Positions 9,550 to 18,422 of a stretch of DNA of 64,000 nt are shown here, piece after piece (position 1 is the first letter of the stretch; each line of letters starts with the position of its first letter). Location of the stretch: the NCBI GenBank assembly GCA_963718525.1, contig OY970355.1:1280001-1344000 (forward strand), in the 5' to 3' direction. Under the pieces are notes generated by a model. The model was not told where the DNA came from. It did no database searches and worked only from the letters and a program-made list of their open reading frames with translations. Position numbers and translations under genes: made by a program. The DNA comes from Candidatus Dormiibacterota bacterium (lineage in GTDB: Bacteria; Chloroflexota; Dormibacteria; Aeolococcales; Aeolococcaceae).

Positions 9550-10542
9550 CTACGCGGGGGTTTCCGCAGGACGGTCGAACGCGCGGGCCCGTCGCCCTCG
9601 TGGGCTCCGACCCGCGAGCAGCAGCCAGGAGTAGAGGAGCAATCCAACCGACCCCCCGATCGCCAGCTTGGCCCCGCCCGGTAGCGTGCTCGGTGAGACG
9701 AATGTCTCGAGGATGCCCGCGATGATGAGCAGGCTGGCAGCGCCGAGTACGAGCATCACGGCGCGCACCGCCACTCGCGCGAGCGCTTCGGTGCGGCGGA
9801 GCTGTCCCGGGCGCAGGATGGCGTCACCCAGCATGAGCCCGGTGCCGCCGCTGATCACGATCACGCTGAGCTCGAGAATCCCGTGGGGCACGATCAGTGA
9901 CCAGAACTGATAGTTGTAGCCGCCCAGCTGGACGGCGGCCGCCACTGTGCCGAGCACCCACCCGTTGGTGACCAGAATGAACGCTGTCGGAATGCCGAGC
10001 AGCATCCCCCCCGCGAAGCAGATCAGGGCCACTCGGATGTTGTTCTGAATGATGAAAGCAGCCGCGAACGGTGCGTCCTGCACACCGCTGCCGATCTGGC
10101 CGCGCGCCATCTCGTCAAAGAGTGACGGCGGCACCAGCGACGCACGCAGGTCGGGGCGCACGAAAACAGCGACCCACCCGGCAATGAACCCGATCACCAT
10201 GAGCGCCAGGCTGGCAACGATATAGGGCCACGCCCCCCGAAAGGAACGCGGCAGCGCGGTCGCGAAAAACGGCCCCACCGCTCCCAACCGCCATGGCCTC
10301 CCCCGGTAGAGCAGTGGATGTGCTCGCGCGCATAGCGCGTTGAGGTATTCCGTGATCGGCGCATCGGGGTGATCTCGACGAGCGATCGCCAGATCGCTCG
10401 ATGTCTGGCGGAGCAGGAGCCCGAAGCGCTCGATGTCGCTGGCCGGCTGGTTGCGGAGCCGGCCGCGCTTCGCGGCCTTGATCACTGCCTCGAGCGCTGC
10501 CCAGCGCGTCTGTCGCTCGGCGATGAAGGCGTCGAGGCTCAC
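9550..10542 (-). CDS. Stage II sporulation protein M (SpoIIM/DUF95) family membrane protein
   Basis: FIAERQTRWAALE, SSDLAIAR, YLNALCARAH, IIQNNIRVA, LIVPHGILELS, IAGILETFVSP. GTG overlaps the stop of the RDD gene. Confidence 0.9.
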   Translation of the reverse strand: MSLDAFIAERQTRWAALEAVIKAAKRGRLRNQPASDIERFGLLLRQTSSDLAIARRDHPDAPITEYLNALCARAHPLLYRGRPWRLGAVGPFFATALPRSFRGAWPYIVASLALMVIGFIAGWVAVFVRPDLRASLVPPSLFDEMARGQIGSGVQDAPFAAAFIIQNNIRVALICFAGGMLLGIPTAFILVTNGWVLGTVAAAVQLGGYNYQFWSLIVPHGILELSVIVISGGTGLMLGDAILRPGQLRRTEALARVAVRAVMLVLGAASLLIIAGILETFVSPSTLPGGAKLAIGGSVGLLLYSWLLLAGRSPRGRRARAFDRPAETPA

Positions 10543-11315
10543 GGATGGCGCTGGTCGAGCTGCAGGTACACGCGCTCGATGAAGAGCTCCGGCGGCCACA
10601 GGCGCTCCGGCGCACCGGGTGGAAGCCCGAGGCGGTCGAAGAGGCGCCGCGAGATGTCGGCGGCGAGCTCAGCTCTGAGCTTCTGGCTGAGCCCCGGACG
10701 AGAGAGGAACACTCGAAGCGCGTCGCGTTCGAAACCACCGATGCGGTCGATTCCGTCAATCGGGGGACCGGCGTCGGGGGTTCGAAGAATGATCGGTGGC
10801 GGTGCGACCGCCGCCGCGAGAGTGACCATCGCCCGGTCGCGGACGACGATCGTGCCTGCGCCGAGGTCCCCGAGGCGGCGTGTCTGCGGCTGAAAGAACA
10901 TCACGACAATGCCGATGAGCACGACGACGACGTCAACGATGCGGATGACATTGCGAACTGCGAGCGCACCGAAGTCGGCAGCGGAGCCGTCGACCCGGAT
11001 GACGCGCAAGCCCATGGCGCTCTTGCCCGGAGTCTTGCCCCCTGTCACCGCCTCCGCCACGAAGAAGTATCCAAAGTACACGAATCCTGCGAAGAACCCC
11101 GCGCCGGCGCCCGCGAAGCCGGCGCCTTCGGAGCTGGTGACGAACACGCTGGCGAGGGCTCCGTAGAGGAGGATCGCAACCAGGGTGAGTGGGAGCGCGA
11201 TCAGGTTGTCCAGAATCTGCGCCACGAGACGGCTCCCCAGGCCCGCGACGCCGTATCCCAACGTGACGTTGTCGGACGTCTTGACGCTGATTGTGTCGAG
11301 CTGGCTCGAATCCAC
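10539..11315 (-). CDS. RDD family protein with C-terminal helical extension
   Basis: AGLGSRLVAQILD, GKTPGKSAMGLRVIRVDG, RNVIRIVD, RRLGDLGAGTIVVR. Confidence 0.9.
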   Translation of the reverse strand: MDSSQLDTISVKTSDNVTLGYGVAGLGSRLVAQILDNLIALPLTLVAILLYGALASVFVTSSEGAGFAGAGAGFFAGFVYFGYFFVAEAVTGGKTPGKSAMGLRVIRVDGSAADFGALAVRNVIRIVDVVVVLIGIVVMFFQPQTRRLGDLGAGTIVVRDRAMVTLAAAVAPPPIILRTPDAGPPIDGIDRIGGFERDALRVFLSRPGLSQKLRAELAADISRRLFDRLGLPPGAPERLWPPELFIERVYLQLDQRHP

Positions 11316-11380
11316 CGAATCATCGTCGCACGCTCAACGGCGCCCGCCACCGCCGTCGCGAGACGGTGACCGCGGTTCCG

Positions 11381-11593
11381 TCAGTCGATGACGGCGACTG
11401 TCTGACCCTCCTGCACGACCTCACCCTCGGTGACCAGGATCTGCTTGACGGTACCCGAGGTCGGAGCCGTGATCGGGATCTCCATCTTCATCAACTCGAG
11501 GATCATCAGCGTGTCGTCCTCCTCGACCGCCTGACCAACCTCGACGACGATCTTCCAGAGATTGCCGACCAGTTCGGCCTTGACCTCGGTCAC
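11381..11593 (-). CDS. Stand-alone biotin/lipoyl carrier protein
   Basis: 70 aa with a MKM biotinylation motif (ILELMKMEIPITAP) and a strong GAGGAGG RBS. Confidence 0.9.
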   Translation of the reverse strand: MTEVKAELVGNLWKIVVEVGQAVEEDDTLMILELMKMEIPITAPTSGTVKQILVTEGEVVQEGQTVAVID

Positions 11594-11626
11594 CGTGCCC
11601 TCCTCATACCGGTGGCACGCGCTACG

Positions 11627-12565
11627 TCAGGCAGCGACGCCGATGATCCTGCCGTCGACCCAGCCCGTCCAACCGTTGGAGCAGATCACGCGCGCCCATG
11701 CGCCGCGAACTTCAGCCACCTGAATCGGCAGGCCGGGCGCGAGGTTGGCGACCACGGGACCCGAAGGATCCGGGGCGCCCCAAGCGCGCATTCCCTGCGG
11801 AGGCACGGAGTGACTCGGGCTCCATCCGCCGGCAGGCGCGGGCTGAGGCACCGGCTGCGCCTGCACGGGTTGCGCCTGGTATGGCTGGACCGGCTGAGGC
11901 GTGTAGGTCTGCTGCACCGGCTGTGCCTGCAACGGTTGGGGCGTGAAGCTGGGTGTTGGCAGCGGCTGAGCGACCGGGATCCCGGCGGGCATGGAGCTCG
12001 GCTGCGGAATCGAAGGTTGCTGGAAGGTGGAATCTGTGAAGGAGGGCTCGGGCGTCACCGGAGTGTCCACAACCGACGTCGAGTCAGGCTCGGAATCCGC
12101 GTCAACGGCATCGCTCGCGACCGTCGCGGCCTCGGCGTCAACCGCGGATGCTGTCTCGACGCCACCGATGGCATCGAGCAGGGTGCTGGTGCGCGCCAGC
12201 TCCGCGACCGCCTGGACGAAGGTGTGCTTGCTCAACCCGTCGAGGTACACGTACGTCTGGGCAACCACAGTGGTGTCCAGACCGGAGCGCTCGGCTGCGG
12301 CGGTGACCGAACCGGGGCGCGATGCGATGAGCCGGTTGGCTGCGTCGACGTTGTCGCCGCTGAGGGTCACGCTCCGCCGGATGGTGACGCGATCGGCGCC
12401 CGCCGACTTGACCACGACGAGGTCGACCGGAGCGGAGCTGAGCGTTCCTGCCTTGAGCCCGAACGCGAAGTCCGTGCCAGGCTCGAAGCGGTCGGAGGCA
12501 ATCTCCAGGTCGTCATCCGACGAGCACCAGCCGGTGATGCTCTGCTTGACCTCATCAGGTGTCAT
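11627..12565 (-). CDS. Hypothetical protein: globular N-domain, acidic/Pro-Gln linker, C-terminal SH3-like domain
   Basis: C-terminal LAPGLPIQVAEVRGAWARVICSNGWTGWVDGR is SH3-like; GGAGGAG RBS upstream. Confidence 0.75.
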   Translation of the reverse strand: MTPDEVKQSITGWCSSDDDLEIASDRFEPGTDFAFGLKAGTLSSAPVDLVVVKSAGADRVTIRRSVTLSGDNVDAANRLIASRPGSVTAAAERSGLDTTVVAQTYVYLDGLSKHTFVQAVAELARTSTLLDAIGGVETASAVDAEAATVASDAVDADSEPDSTSVVDTPVTPEPSFTDSTFQQPSIPQPSSMPAGIPVAQPLPTPSFTPQPLQAQPVQQTYTPQPVQPYQAQPVQAQPVPQPAPAGGWSPSHSVPPQGMRAWGAPDPSGPVVANLAPGLPIQVAEVRGAWARVICSNGWTGWVDGRIIGVAA

Positions 12566-12615
12566 GGTTTGATCTCCTCTCCGCGTCCTCGTGGGCTGCG
12601 GCGACTATACGGTGT

Positions 12616-13533
12616 TCACGATGCGCGGGCCGGGCGGGCTGCGGACTCGCCCATCGCGAGCAAGCCGTCCAGCACGTCACCGATTTTATTGAGAGCAAGC
12701 GAGAGGTGGCCCTCCTCGGGGAGGAGGTGCTGCTGCGCTCCGGGGATGTGCGCTGCAAGCCACGCTCCGTGCGCCATCGGCACCATCCGGTCCTCGCCTC
12801 CCTGCCAGACGGCGACGGGGGTCTGGATGGACGAGAGAGAGAACCCCCAGGGGTTCACGAACGCCATGTCGTCATCTCGCCACCCGGCGATGCCGGTCGA
12901 GATGGCTCCGCGGAGACTCGCGGTCATGAACTCGGCGTACCCGCCCGTCAGAGCGGCCTTGTCGACGTCGCTGACCAGGCCCCCAAACGAGGCGGCCACA
13001 TCGGCGGGTTCGACGTCCTGGAGCCCGGCTGCTTCTCGATAGAGGTATGCCTCCAAAGGTTCGCGACCCTGCATGGTTGCGCCGAACTCCTCGAGATTCT
13101 CCGGTCCCATCCCGGCGAACCAGTCGAGCCCGTCGGCGGGCCAGGGCGCCACGCCGGCGAGTGTCGCCGTCGCAATCACGCGGTCCGGCAGCAGCGCCGC
13201 GCAGGCCAGCGCATGCGGCCCACCACCCGACTGGCCTGCGCAGAAGAAGGCTCCGATGTTCAACGAGTTGAGGATGGCCTGCACGTCGGTGGCTACATCG
13301 CTCACCGCGCGGCCCGCCATGGGCGACGAGCGGGCGTAGCCAGGCCGGGAGAAGGTCACGAGGCGCAGATCGCGCTCGGCGAGGGCCGCGACCAGGGGTG
13401 GATAGGCGCCTGCAGCCGAAGGCGTCCCGCTGTGAAAGAGGAAGCAACGGCCGTCTTCGGGTCCCGCGGAAACCACCTGCAACTGCCGGCCGTCCGGCGC
13501 CTGGACCATCTGCGTACGAGCTTCGGAACTCAC
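12616..13533 (-). CDS. Alpha/beta fold hydrolase
   Basis: FHSGTPS, SRPGYARS, nucleophile elbow GQSGGG, WQGGEDRMVP, EGHLS. Confidence 0.9.
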   Translation of the reverse strand: MSSEARTQMVQAPDGRQLQVVSAGPEDGRCFLFHSGTPSAAGAYPPLVAALAERDLRLVTFSRPGYARSSPMAGRAVSDVATDVQAILNSLNIGAFFCAGQSGGGPHALACAALLPDRVIATATLAGVAPWPADGLDWFAGMGPENLEEFGATMQGREPLEAYLYREAAGLQDVEPADVAASFGGLVSDVDKAALTGGYAEFMTASLRGAISTGIAGWRDDDMAFVNPWGFSLSSIQTPVAVWQGGEDRMVPMAHGAWLAAHIPGAQQHLLPEEGHLSLALNKIGDVLDGLLAMGESAARPARAS

Positions 13534-13582
13534 CGTCTCATGGTACCGAGCCGCCCGCGAACGTGACCAGGCACGACGCGTT

Positions 13583-13948
13583 TCAGGGTTCGAGGTCGTA
13601 TGCGGTGGCATGCGAAGGCTGATAGAGCCCGACCTCGCCGCCACCGGGAATACGCATGCGGATGAGGCGTCCGAACCGTGCCTCGGTGATCGGTGCGGAG
13701 AACTCCGCGCCCTTCGCGGTCAGCTCGGCAACGGTCCGATCGATGTCCTCGCACATCAGGAAGAGCTCGTGATAGCCGCCGGGCGATCCCTCGCCGGAGG
13801 GGTGGATGCCGAGCTCGGCCGGAGGAAGCTTGAAGATGAGCCAGCCACCATGGATGTCGACGTTCGGCATCTCGAGCACATCACGAAAGAACGCCCTGGC
13901 CCGGTCCGGGTCGTCGGCATACAGGATGGCGTGGGCGGCGGTGATCAC
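13583..13948 (-). CDS. VOC/glyoxalase family protein
   Basis: HAILYADDPDRARAFFRDVL, GWLIFKLPPAELGIHP, HELFLMC, GLYQPSH. Confidence 0.9.
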   Translation of the reverse strand: MITAAHAILYADDPDRARAFFRDVLEMPNVDIHGGWLIFKLPPAELGIHPSGEGSPGGYHELFLMCEDIDRTVAELTAKGAEFSAPITEARFGRLIRMRIPGGGEVGLYQPSHATAYDLEP

Positions 13949-14013
13949 TGTCGGTCACGCCCTGACGCGATCGAGCGCGCGATCCGCAGGACGAAGACGT
14001 CCTTCTCATGCAT
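13945..14013 (-). pseudogene. Possible frameshifted 5' remnant of a DinB-like/TIGR03086-type gene
   Basis: A 22-codon ORF, MHEKDVFVLRIARSIASGRDRQ. Restoring one base after FVL gives MHEKDVFVLADRALDRV, which resembles the N-terminus of TIGR03086-type proteins as I recall them. Confidence 0.3.
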
Positions 14014-14079
14014 CGCTGCCAGTGTGACGGGCTGACAACGCGTGAGGCATCCGCGATCTCAGCCGATAGGCTGCCGGAG

Positions 14080-15360
14080 GTGAGCGGATCTCTCAGGCCT
14101 GCCCGGCTGATCGTCGCGATCGCGGCGGCTGTGCTGCTCGCCTACGCGGTCATCTGGACCCAGGTCGGCAGCTTCGACATAGGCCGGAGCGATTTCACCG
14201 CGTTCTATGTCGGTGGGACGCTGCTCCGCCAGGGGCATACCGGCGATCTCTACAGCCAGGCGGTGCAGCAGCCACTGCACAGCGCGCTGATCGCCCCCGA
14301 TCCCGAGGCGAATCTTCCGTTCGTCAACACCCCGGTGGCGGCCGCACTCGTGGTACCCGTGACGTTCCTGCCCCTCGACGCCGCGTACCGGCTCTGGTCC
14401 CTCCTCGAGCTCGCCGTCCTGGTGCTCGCCGTCGTGCTGGCGATCCGGAGCGTCGAATGGCCGGACGGGACCGCCCGTGTCTGGAAGGTGGCGGCGGGAG
14501 CGGCTGCACTGGCCGGAGTGGGAACCCTGACGATGTTCGTCCAGGCGCAGTGGACGCCACTGCTCGCTCTTGGCCTGGTCCTGGCCTACCGCTGGTGGAA
14601 GAGCGGCCACCACGCAGTCGGGGCAGCGGTGCTCGTGGTGTCGGCCGGGATCGCCAAACCGCACTTGGCGCTCGGACTGCTGGCGTTCCTCGCCGGTTGG
14701 CGCGATCGCAGGCTGATCGTCGGTGCGCTGGCCGGCGCGGCGGGCCTTGCCGTCGCCTCGCTCGCGCTCGTCGGACCGGCCGGCATGGCGGGATTCGTCG
14801 GCATCCTCGCGTCGTCGACAACGCGGTGGGAGCTCGCGACCATGGTGAGCTTCATCGGGGTGGTCGGATCGCTGTTCGGAAGCGGCCTTGCGGCGCACGC
14901 GATCGGCCTCGTGGCCTCGCTCCTGGCGTGCGCCGCCGCGGTGTGGCTCGGCACGACCGTCCGTCGCGATCCCAGCCGTCTGGAATCGGCGCTCGCCGGC
15001 GCCGTCGTGCTCTCGCTGGTCGCGTCACCCCACGCTTACCCGGACGACCTGGTGATGCTCGCCCCCGCCCTGGTGATCGGCGTTGCGGTCGCGGCGCGAC
15101 GAATGCGATCCGAAGGTGCGAGCTTGACGCTGACGTCACCGCTTGCCCTGGTGTTCGGATGCTGGGCGCTGATCACGGTGGCCGCCTGCGCGGACCTCGT
15201 CGACTCCGCGGTCTTTCCGCCCGGCCAGCTGGCCGGATGGGCACTTTTGGCTGCGGCGGTGCTCGCCTGCATCACGACGGGACGCAGCCGTGTCGTGCAG
15301 AGGCTCCCAGCCTGCGCGTCAGGGGCGTCGGAAGGGCCCAAACTCGTGGCGAGCCGGTAA
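14080..15360 (+). CDS. GT-C fold glycosyltransferase (GT87/DUF2029-like)
   Basis: SDFTAFYVGG, LPFVNTP, AKPHLAL and SPHAYPDDLVML motifs; about 10-11 TM helices. Confidence 0.85.
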   Translation: MSGSLRPARLIVAIAAAVLLAYAVIWTQVGSFDIGRSDFTAFYVGGTLLRQGHTGDLYSQAVQQPLHSALIAPDPEANLPFVNTPVAAALVVPVTFLPLDAAYRLWSLLELAVLVLAVVLAIRSVEWPDGTARVWKVAAGAAALAGVGTLTMFVQAQWTPLLALGLVLAYRWWKSGHHAVGAAVLVVSAGIAKPHLALGLLAFLAGWRDRRLIVGALAGAAGLAVASLALVGPAGMAGFVGILASSTTRWELATMVSFIGVVGSLFGSGLAAHAIGLVASLLACAAAVWLGTTVRRDPSRLESALAGAVVLSLVASPHAYPDDLVMLAPALVIGVAVAARRMRSEGASLTLTSPLALVFGCWALITVAACADLVDSAVFPPGQLAGWALLAAAVLACITTGRSRVVQRLPACASGASEGPKLVASR

Positions 15361-15464
15361 TTCTCTCTATTGTTCGCAGCGGCGCGCGCTCCGAAGAGTA
15401 CGCGCCCCGGATCAAACCAGCGAGTCACCAGGAGCCCGTCGCAACCGCGTAGGTGGGAAGACCG

Positions 15465-16658
15465 ATGCAATTCGAACACGACGTCGTCGTCGTCGGCGGC
15501 TGCGGCCACGTGGGCCTGCCACTTGGTCTTGCCTTCGCGGAAACCGGCCTCGACGTCGTCCTGTATGACACCAATGCGGTCGTCGTCGATGTCGTCAACG
15601 GTGGATCGATGCCCTTCGCCGAAGTGGGAGCGCCTGAGGCGCTCACGCGCGTGATCGCCGCCGGCCGCTTGCACGCAACCACCGACGCTGCCGCGGTCGA
15701 CCGCGGCGAACACATCGTCGTCGTGGTGGGAACGCCGGTCGACCAGTATCTGAGCCCGGATGTCGAGGCCGTCGCTCGGGTGATCACGCCACTGATGGAC
15801 CACCTCGTCGACGGTCAGCTCGTCGTGCTGCGCAGCACCGTCTATCCCGGCGTGACCAGGCGCGTTGCGCGGTTGATCGCCAAGCTCGGGCGCGACATCG
15901 ACGTCAGCTTCTGCCCGGAGCGCATCGCGGAGGGCCACGCTCTGGTGGAGTTGCGCACGCTGCCCCAGATCGTCTCCGGAACCACTCCCCGGGCAATCGC
16001 GCGCGCCGACGCACTCTTCCGGCGGCTCACTCCCGAGATCCTCGAACTGGAACCGGAGGAGGCAGAGCTTGCCAAGCTGTTCACAAACAGCTGGCGATAC
16101 CTCAAGTTCGCCGTGGCCAACCAGCTGTACATGATTGCGAATGACAACGGCCTCGACTACGAACGGATCCGCGGCGCCGTGACCTACCACTACCCGCGCG
16201 CTGCCGACCTGCCCGGGGCGGGACTGACGGCTGGGCCGTGCCTGCTGAAGGACACCATGCAGATCACCGCGTTTGCGGAGAACCGTTTCACGCTGGGTCA
16301 CGCCGCGGTGATGATCAATGAGGGCATCCCGCTCTACGTTCTGGGGAGGCTGGAACAGCGGTTCGACCTCACGACCCTGACGGTCGGCGTCCTGGGCATG
16401 GCGTTCAAAGCCGAGTCCGATGACCCCCGATCCAGCCTGAGCTACAAGATGAAGCGCGTCCTCACGGGCAAGGCTGCGCGCGTGCTCTGCACCGACCCGT
16501 ACGTGGTGGGTGACCCGGACATCGTGCCCTTCGACATCGTTGTCGACGAGTTGGATCTGCTCATCATCGCCGCGCCGCACAAGCAGTATGTCGAGCTGCG
16601 GACCGCGAAACCGGTCGTCGACATCACCAATCTGCTCGGCAACGGGGTCAGGGTGTGA
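15465..16658 (+). CDS. Nucleotide-sugar dehydrogenase (UDP-glucose/UDP-ManNAc dehydrogenase family)
   Basis: GGCGHVGLP, VGTP, LRSTVYPG, FCPERIAEG, AELAKLFTN, GPCLLKD catalytic Cys, GMAFKAESDDPRSS. Confidence 0.92.
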   Translation: MQFEHDVVVVGGCGHVGLPLGLAFAETGLDVVLYDTNAVVVDVVNGGSMPFAEVGAPEALTRVIAAGRLHATTDAAAVDRGEHIVVVVGTPVDQYLSPDVEAVARVITPLMDHLVDGQLVVLRSTVYPGVTRRVARLIAKLGRDIDVSFCPERIAEGHALVELRTLPQIVSGTTPRAIARADALFRRLTPEILELEPEEAELAKLFTNSWRYLKFAVANQLYMIANDNGLDYERIRGAVTYHYPRAADLPGAGLTAGPCLLKDTMQITAFAENRFTLGHAAVMINEGIPLYVLGRLEQRFDLTTLTVGVLGMAFKAESDDPRSSLSYKMKRVLTGKAARVLCTDPYVVGDPDIVPFDIVVDELDLLIIAAPHKQYVELRTAKPVVDITNLLGNGVRV

Positions 16659-17398
16659 ACCCGCGCGTGAGCGTCGTCATTCCCGCGTACAACGAAGGTG
16701 ACGCGGTGGTGGCCTTCCTCGACCGGATCTTCGAGGCGATCACGTTGCCGGCTGAAGTCCTCGTGGTGTACGACACCAGCGAGGACACGACGGTCCCGTT
16801 TCTCGAGACGTACGCACGACGCGAACCACGACTGAGACCAGTCCTGAACACGCTTGGACGCGGCCCGGCGAACGCGATTCGCTTCGGCATCGGCCAGGCG
16901 ACCGCTGACGTGGTGGTTGTGACCATGGCGGATGGCAGCGATGATCCGATGCAGATCGATCAACTCACCCGGCTCGTCGAGCGTGGGGTCGTGGTGGCGT
17001 GTGCGTCGCGGTACATGCGTGGCGGTCAGCAGGTCGGCGGTCCGTGGGTCAAAGGCCGCGTCTCCCGCCTGGCCGGAGTCTCATTGCAACTGATCGCGCA
17101 TGTCGGCACCCACGATGCGACCAACTCTTTCAAGGCATATTCGCGCGCGTTTGTCGAGCGTGTCGGCATCGATTCGGATGCCGGCTTCGAGCTGGGCATC
17201 GAGCTGGTTGCCAAGGCGCGCCGCCTCGGTCTCCCGGTGGCCGAGCTGCCCACCATCTGGCTCGACCGCGCCAACGGCACCTCGAACTTCAAGGTGAAGG
17301 CGTGGATACCGCGCTACCTGCATTGGTATCTCTATGCACTCGGCATCAGCAGACGTGACGGTTCGGACGACGATCACCGGCCGGCGACCGGATCGTGA
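16655..17398 (+). CDS. GT2 glycosyltransferase, polyprenol-phosphate sugar synthase (DPM1-like)
   Basis: SVVIPAYNE, TMADGSDD, ASRYMRGG, HDATNSFKAY. Confidence 0.88.
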   Translation: MNPRVSVVIPAYNEGDAVVAFLDRIFEAITLPAEVLVVYDTSEDTTVPFLETYARREPRLRPVLNTLGRGPANAIRFGIGQATADVVVVTMADGSDDPMQIDQLTRLVERGVVVACASRYMRGGQQVGGPWVKGRVSRLAGVSLQLIAHVGTHDATNSFKAYSRAFVERVGIDSDAGFELGIELVAKARRLGLPVAELPTIWLDRANGTSNFKVKAWIPRYLHWYLYALGISRRDGSDDDHRPATGS

Positions 17399-18420
17399 CC
17401 CGAGTCCTTGTCACCGGCTCGGCCGGCTTCATCGGCGGGTACGTGGTCGAGGAGTTGCTCAGTCGCGGTTATGAGGTCGTGGGCGTCGACAACGAGTCGA
17501 AGTACGGCCCCGTCCTCCGGTCGTTCGATGATCATCCTGCGTACAGGCTCATTCGCGGGGATGCGCGCGACTCGGCCCTAATGAGCGATGCCCTCGTGGG
17601 CTGCGACCACCTGATCGCCGGCGCTGCGATGATCGGTGGGATCTCGTATTTCCACACGTATGCCTACGACCTGCTGGCGACCAACGAGCGCATCCTCGCG
17701 GCGACCTGCGATGCCGCCATTCGCGCGCACCAGGGCGGCACGCTGAGCAAGGTCACCTACCTCAGCTCCTCGATGGTGTTCGAGTCGGCCACCTCGTGGC
17801 CTTCAGCGGAGGGCCAGGAGCTCGAGATTCCGCCTCCCGGGTCGTCGTATGGTTTTCAGAAGCTCGCCGTCGAGTACTTCGCCCGGGCCGCGCACAGTCA
17901 GCATGGGCTGCCGTACACCATCGTCCGGCCATTCAATTGTGTCGGCGTCGGCGAGGGCCGCGCGCTCGGGGACGTCGAGATTCTCAGCGGCAACGTCAAG
18001 CTGGCGATGAGCCACGTCGTGCCCGACCTGGTCCAGAAGGTGCTCAAGGGGCAGGATCCCCTGCACATCCTCGGCGATGGCTCGCAGATACGGCACTACA
18101 CATTTGCGGGCGACCTCGCGAGAGGCATCGTGACCGCGATGGAGAGTACCGCCGCGCTCAATGACGACTTCAACCTCTCAACCGTCGAGTCGACGACGGT
18201 GCTGACGCTTGCAGAGAAGATCTGGCACCGGATCAGGGGCGACGACGTGCCGTTCCGGTACGTCAGCGACACCCCGTTCGCGCATGACGTTCAGCGCCGG
18301 ATTCCCTCGGTGGACAAGGCACAGCGTGTGCTCGGGTTCGAGGCAACGACCACGCTGGATCAGATGCTTGACCACGTCATCCCGTGGATCGGGCAGGCGA
18401 TCACCGCCGGAGCCATCTGA
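17395..18420 (+). CDS. NAD-dependent nucleotide-sugar epimerase/dehydratase (extended SDR)
   Basis: VTGSAGFIG, SSSMVF, YGFQK (YxxxK), RPFNCVG, GDGSQIRHYT. Confidence 0.92.
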   Translation: MTRVLVTGSAGFIGGYVVEELLSRGYEVVGVDNESKYGPVLRSFDDHPAYRLIRGDARDSALMSDALVGCDHLIAGAAMIGGISYFHTYAYDLLATNERILAATCDAAIRAHQGGTLSKVTYLSSSMVFESATSWPSAEGQELEIPPPGSSYGFQKLAVEYFARAAHSQHGLPYTIVRPFNCVGVGEGRALGDVEILSGNVKLAMSHVVPDLVQKVLKGQDPLHILGDGSQIRHYTFAGDLARGIVTAMESTAALNDDFNLSTVESTTVLTLAEKIWHRIRGDDVPFRYVSDTPFAHDVQRRIPSVDKAQRVLGFEATTTLDQMLDHVIPWIGQAITAGAI

Positions 18421-18422
18421 GG

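Noticed and set aside
11291-13042. 583-aa + strand ORF
   Set aside because: Antisense shadow of three recognisable minus-strand genes. It is Arg/Gly-rich with no motifs, typical of high-GC DNA.
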